DNA of 63,384 bases, the filler included, from Stramenopiles sp. TOSAG23-6 (lineage: Eukaryota), in the NCBI GenBank assembly GCA_900128565.1. It is 12 parts of 12 records of this genome, joined end to end, with 100 filler letters (N's around TTAATTAATTAA, not from the genome) between each part and the next. Parts side by side here need not be neighbours in the genome. Positions count along the whole stretch, not along the records: positions 53,493 to 60,039 come from LT636680.1; positions 60,140 to 61,154 come from LT639948.1; positions 61,255 to 62,269 come from LT639949.1; positions 62,370 to 63,384 come from LT639950.1; 8 more parts are not named here. One strand, given 5' to 3'. The stretch's first letter is position 1. Each line of letters opens with the position of its first letter. The notes under the pieces were generated by a model. The model worked only from the letters and a program-made list of their open reading frames with translations, was not told where the DNA came from and did not search any database. Of the stretch, positions 58,257 through 63,384 are shown piece after piece. The position numbers and the translations under genes were made by a program.

Positions 58257-59950
58257 ATGGCTAAGAAAGGGGGTACAACTACAATTAAGCTGGATTCTAG
58301 TATTGATTACTGCGAAAAAACTGAAGAATATCTCATTGAACATAAAGTGGAAAGTAAAATTAATGATATTTTGAATCGAACTCTACGAGAGCAACCGGAC
58401 GACCCAATTGGTTTTATTGGGGCGAAGTTTGCTGATCAAGCTTTAAGTTTAAAAGGTATCCTTAATGTTGATGTTCATACTTCTGTTGATGGATATGGTA
58501 GACCTGCTGTAACTGCACAATTAAAAACCTCACGGGGTACCTTTGTTGCTTCTGTATGCTGCGCTTCTGTAGAGCAGTCTGCAGTATTAATGCCTCTTCC
58601 TGCAACCAAAGAAGAGGGCAGCAATCTTGATGATGGTAACATTCGACCTACTTCAGCATTTGATTCTGGGGATGTTGATGAAGAAGCCAGTTGGCCAAGT
58701 GTATCTGTTCCTCCTTTTCATCCAAACATGGAAAGGATTGCACGAAAAAGAGCACTAACAGAAGCCATCAATTTTTTTAAGAAGAAAGAGGTATTGAGTT
58801 CTATACTTGGAAAAGATCCTGAAGCTGATCAAAAAAGCATTGATGATGCTATTACAGATCTAAGGAATGAATATGTAGATGATGAAAGAACCCGAGTCTC
58901 GGAATTTAAGCATGACGAAGATAACGTAGTTGAAGCAAAAAAAACAGCACTTGAAGATGGAAAAGTTTCTGATGGTGAAGAAAAGGGAGATGACAATGAC
59001 AACAACAAGTCTGTACCATTATTTGATTTGTCCATTAAAGGAATCTCAAATGCATATGATACTCTACACAAAAAACAATATGCAATGAACGAGACTTTAG
59101 AGGTAGATCTTATGCTTCGCCATGTTTCCCTTGCTATATCTATTGCTTGCGCAAGAGCTGGTGCTGCTGATAAACAATGTCCACTATATAAGCATATTGC
59201 CTCCCTCGCTGATAAAGCAGATGAAATATATTTACCCGTCCCAGTGGTGGGTGTTATAAACGGTGGCATTTTATCCTCGAGTGTGTTACCATTCAAAACT
59301 GTATATATTATACCAATGGTTCAAGACTCATTTGCAAATGCAATAAAAGACGCTACCTCTGTCGATTCAAAAGTTCGGGCAGTTGCAAAATCATTTGGTA
59401 CTGTAACTGAATCAGATTGTGGTGCTATTGAAGTTGCGTTTACTTTGACAGAAACATCACAAGATGAAGAATCTGACGGAATTGGTGCATTGGTCTCTGA
59501 GAAGTGTATGGATATTGTATTTAAAGCATTAGTTGAGTGTAATGCACCTGAAGAAGGTGTGTCAAAAGAAGTTGAAGAAAAAGACACCACTGCGGATGAT
59601 AATACAGAAAATGCAGAGGAGGAAACAGAAAATGTAGAAGTTGAAGTTGATAAGTTGAAACTTGTTGGGGGCATGAGAATGGCGTTGGGCTGCTCCGCAC
59701 AAACATTGTTTTCTCCGCCAACTGAACAAGATATCCGAAGTGGACAAAATTTAAGTGGAAGTTATAATATGGCATATAAAATTGAGACTAAAGAAGACAA
59801 AGAAAATGAAACTATTAATGAAGAAACTCTGGGTAAAATATACAGAAAATATATAGAAAAATACCCAATAGTAATGATTGAGGACGCATTTGAATCTCAG
59901 GGATGGGTTGGCTCTTCAGAAATTGTTGAAGAGTTTGGTAGAGATATCAT
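58257..59950 (+). CDS. Enolase-like (ENO4-type) protein with N-terminal docking domain, 3' partial
   Basis: YLIEHKVESKINDILNRTLREQPDDPIGFI; DGYGRPAV; AISIACARAGA..PLYKHIA..LPVP..VINGG; KYPIVMIEDAF; ends at donor 59951. Confidence 0.82.
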
Positions 59951-60141
59951 GTATGTTTTATTTTTTTTCAATTTTTTGTCTACATTTTTTTTCGTACGAA
60001 ATTTTGTACCTAACAAATTTAAGTTTTTTTTTTGAAATANNNNNNNNNNNNNNNNNNNNNNNNNNNNNNNNNNNNNNNNNNNNTTAATTAATTAANNNNN
60101 NNNNNNNNNNNNNNNNNNNNNNNNNNNNNNNNNNNNNNNAT

Positions 60142-60579
60142 TGGATTTATTATGCATCAACACGAAATCATGGGAAATATGAAATGTTAGGAAAACTTCA
60201 ACCTGATTTAAATACTCCAGAATTATTACAAAAACGTGCAATGAAAAAAAGGATGTCTTCATTTTCTCTTCGACTTCGTGAATTTAATCTAAACAAAGAG
60301 AAAAAACGAATAAAAACAAAAAAAGTAATTTCAGATAAAAATACAAAAAATACTAAAAATACTAAAAATACAATTTCTAAAAGTCCATTAACAAAACGAG
60401 AGAAAGCTCTGCAATATGATGCGAAAAGACCAAAAATAAAATTGAAACAAAAACATCATAAAATAAAACAAAAATATTTTGTACCACCAAAACCAACAAA
60501 ACTTGAGGAACTTGAAGAAAAACACGAAATATTAAGGAAACAAGTGAATGCAATACGACAAATGTTTGATGTTGGATAA
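60142..60579 (+). CDS. JHY-like ciliary protein C-terminus
   Basis: LGKLQPD..REKALQY..LEELEEKH..VNAIR pattern, recalled from JHY; not verified by search. Confidence 0.6.
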   Translation, partial: WIYYASTRNHGKYEMLGKLQPDLNTPELLQKRAMKKRMSSFSLRLREFNLNKEKKRIKTKKVISDKNTKNTKNTKNTISKSPLTKREKALQYDAKRPKIKLKQKHHKIKQKYFVPPKPTKLEELEEKHEILRKQVNAIRQMFDVG

Positions 60580-61329
60580 AATATTTTTGTTGTACTCTAT
60601 ATAATACTATATGATAAGTATAAATTGATACATTTCTTTGTAGTAAAGTATATGATGAAATATATGCTGTTGTTCTTTGTAGTAAAATATATAATATATA
60701 ATATATGATGTCAGTATTTTTTCTATTTTATTTTTATATATATATATATACAGTATTATCTTGAAAATATCATTTCTGTTTCATGTTTGTACAATCAAGC
60801 ATAAAATGTCTTCTCTCTCTACATAATACTCAATACTAAATACTAAATACTCAATTATTTTCTCTTTCTCTTTCTTTTCTTCTTTTCTTCTTTTCTTCTT
60901 TTTTTGTTTTTTTAAATACAATATTGTTGGTATTGTATTATTTTTCAAAATGTTTTTTTTTCTTTTTCAAATTTTTTTTTGAAAGATTGAAATTCAAATT
61001 GTGTTAAATATCTCTCAAAACATCTTTTTTATTTCTTTGTTTTTTTCATTTTCGTTTTCGTGTAAAAGCATCATTTGATCTGGTACCGGGTTTGAATTGT
61101 TTTGACCTTTGTAACTGACTCTCTTTTTCATCCAGTGAATTTTCTAGTTCTACGNNNNNNNNNNNNNNNNNNNNNNNNNNNNNNNNNNNNNNNNNNNNTT
61201 AATTAATTAANNNNNNNNNNNNNNNNNNNNNNNNNNNNNNNNNNNNNNNNNNNNTATCCTATATAGGTTTTTCATTATTAATTTTTTTTTTTTTGTAATT
61301 TTTTTTTCATACGAAATTTTGTTCCTAAC

Positions 61330-61365
<36 letters not shown>

Positions 61366-61384
61366 AATATTTTTTTTACAATAT

Positions 61385-62269
61385 TTGATGTCAACACGAA
61401 ATATTGTATGACTGGATCATATGACAGAACATTGAAAATATGGGACACGAAATCTTGTAAATGTATATTAACAATTCCAGGGTCAAAATGCGAATTGGGA
61501 ATGTCTTATATACATGTTTGTTTTCATCATAAATTTAAAATTTATTTTTTTTTTTTCATACGAAATTTTGTACCTAACGATTTTTTTTTTTTAAATTTAT
61601 ATTTTCATCATTTTAAATTTTTTTTTTTTTTGGTAGAAAATTTTGTACCTAACAAAAAAATGTTTTGACATATTTTCACAAAAATATACGGGTGCAATTA
61701 CAGCATGTACATTCTCATCTTGTACTACATGTATGTTTTCATCATGAATTTTAAATTTATTTGTGTTTGTATGAAAATTAACAAATTTTTTTTTTTTTTT
61801 TGTATGAAAATTTCATACCTAATAAATTTTTTTTTTTTTTTTTACGAAATTTCATACCTAAATATTTTGTTTTTGAAATATTTATTTCCTACACATATGC
61901 TTTAAGTGGATCAAATGACATGACTGTAAAATTATGGCATTTAATTGGCCTCTCCTCAAATCCTAAAAATGATTTGAATAATTCAGATTTAGGGTTAGGG
62001 TTAAATAATTTAGGGTTAGGGTTGAATAATTTAGGGTTAGGGTTGAATAATTTAGGGTTAGGGTTAGACTTTACTTGTTTAGCAACTTTTTCAGGACATA
62101 CTGCACCGATTTCGTGTTGTATATTTATTCGTAATTCTGAAATAGATACAAGAATAGCTACTTCAAGTTGGGATTCTACTATAAAATTATGGAGTATTAC
62201 AAATATAAGTACAAAAAATTTTGAAAAAAATTNTGAAAAAAATTTTGAAAAAAATTNTGAAAAAAATTT
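61385..62269 (+). CDS. WD40-repeat protein fragment (exons 61385-61515, 61688-61730, 61897-62269)
   Basis: TGSYDRTLKIWD; spliced HTGAITACTFSSCTTYALSGSNDMTVKLW; GHTAPISCC..TSSWDSTIKLW. Family introns at 61263-61384 (ATAGGT donor), 61516-61687 and 61731-61896. Confidence 0.85.
61989..62067 (+). repeat. 21-bp tandem repeat built from TTAGGG (encodes LGLGLNN)
   Basis: TTAGGGTTAGGGTTRAATAAT, about 3.7 copies. Confidence 0.9.
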
Positions 62270-62369
62270 NNNNNNNNNNNNNNNNNNNNNNNNNNNNNNN
62301 NNNNNNNNNNNNNTTAATTAATTAANNNNNNNNNNNNNNNNNNNNNNNNNNNNNNNNNNNNNNNNNNNN

Positions 62370-62444
62370 TATCCTATATAGGTTTTTCATTATTAATTTT
62401 TTTTTTTTTGTAATTTTTTTTTCATACGAAATTTTGTTCCTAAC

Positions 62445-62480
<36 letters not shown>

Positions 62481-63384
62481 AATATTTTTTTTACAATATT
62501 TGATGTCAACACGAAATATTGTATGACTGGATCATATGACAGAACATTGAAAATATGGGACACGAAATCTTGTAAATGTATATTAACAATTCCAGGGTCA
62601 AAATGCGAATTGGGAATGTCTTATATACATGTTTGTTTTCATCATAAATTTAAAATTTATTTTTTTTTTTTCATACGAAATTTTGTACCTAACGATTTTT
62701 TTTTTTTAAATTTATATTTTCATCATTTTAAATTTTTTTTTTTTTTGGTAGAAAATTTTGTACCTAACAAAAAAATGTTTTGACATATTTTCACAAAAAT
62801 ATACGGGTGCAATTACAGCATGTACATTCTCATCTTGTACTACATGTATGTTTTCATCATGAATTTTAAATTTATTTGTGTTTGTATGAAAATTAACAAA
62901 TTTTTTTTTTTTTTTTGTATGAAAATTTCATACCTAATAAATTTTTTTTTTTTTTTTTACGAAATTTCATACCTAAATATTTTGTTTTTGAAATATTTAT
63001 TTCCTACACATATGCTTTAAGTGGATCAAATGACATGACTGTAAAATTATGGCATTTAATTGGCCTCTCCTCAAATCCTAAAAATGATTTGAATAATTCA
63101 GATTTAGGGTTAGGGTTAAATAATTTAGGGTTAGGGTTGAATAATTTAGGGTTAGGGTTGAATAATTTAGGGTTAGGGTTAGACTTTACTTGTTTAGCAA
63201 CTTTTTCAGGACATACTGCACCGATTTCGTGTTGTATATTTATTCGTAATTCTGAAATAGATACAAGAATAGCTACTTCAAGTTGGGATTCTACTATAAA
63301 ATTATGGAGTATTACAAATATAAGTACAAAAAATTTTGAAAAAAATTNTGAAAAAAATTTTGAAAAAAATTNTGAAAAAAATTT
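62370..63384 (+). repeat. Exact duplicate of contig 61255-62269
   Basis: Same length and sequence, offset 1115, including n positions. Confidence 0.95.

Noticed and set aside
61255-63384. Tandem WD40 gene duplication
   Set aside because: Two identical contigs separated by a linker; redundancy in the assembly.

Overview
AT-rich eukaryotic nuclear DNA, probably from a flagellated protist (B9D2-, JHY- and ENO4-like genes; TTAGGG motifs). It consists of 12 unrelated, size-sorted contigs joined by artificial N/TTAATTAATTAA/N linkers. Recognisable genes include RPL31, RPS26, mitochondrial bL27, POLE2, VPS11, B9D2, a kinesin, an SLC12 transporter, an ABCC transporter N-terminus, a LOG-family protein, U-box/Sel1, ANK-FN3, WD40, a STIM-like EF-SAM protein, a TRF4-like nucleotidyltransferase and a tRNA-Thr(UGU). 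The main observation is a dominant class of non-canonical introns: 24 distinct complete copies plus about 14 cut by contig ends or the fold-back, mostly 89-120 nt. Their consensus is exon-(C/T)AT|GTAYGTTTT...TTTCGTACGAAATTTTGTACCTAAC...GAAATATTTTTCCAAAATACAT|exon, so they end in AT rather than AG. They are always sense to the host gene. GT..AT removal restores the reading frame in 20 of 21 checkable cases and rebuilds conserved kinesin, SLC12, B9D2, EF-hand and WD40 motifs, while the next AG often gives a stop. Some copies have AT or GC donors or an AA acceptor. Ordinary GT-AG introns coexist with them, and the class behaves like a repeated introner family. All splicing is inferred from DNA alone; there is no transcript evidence here.
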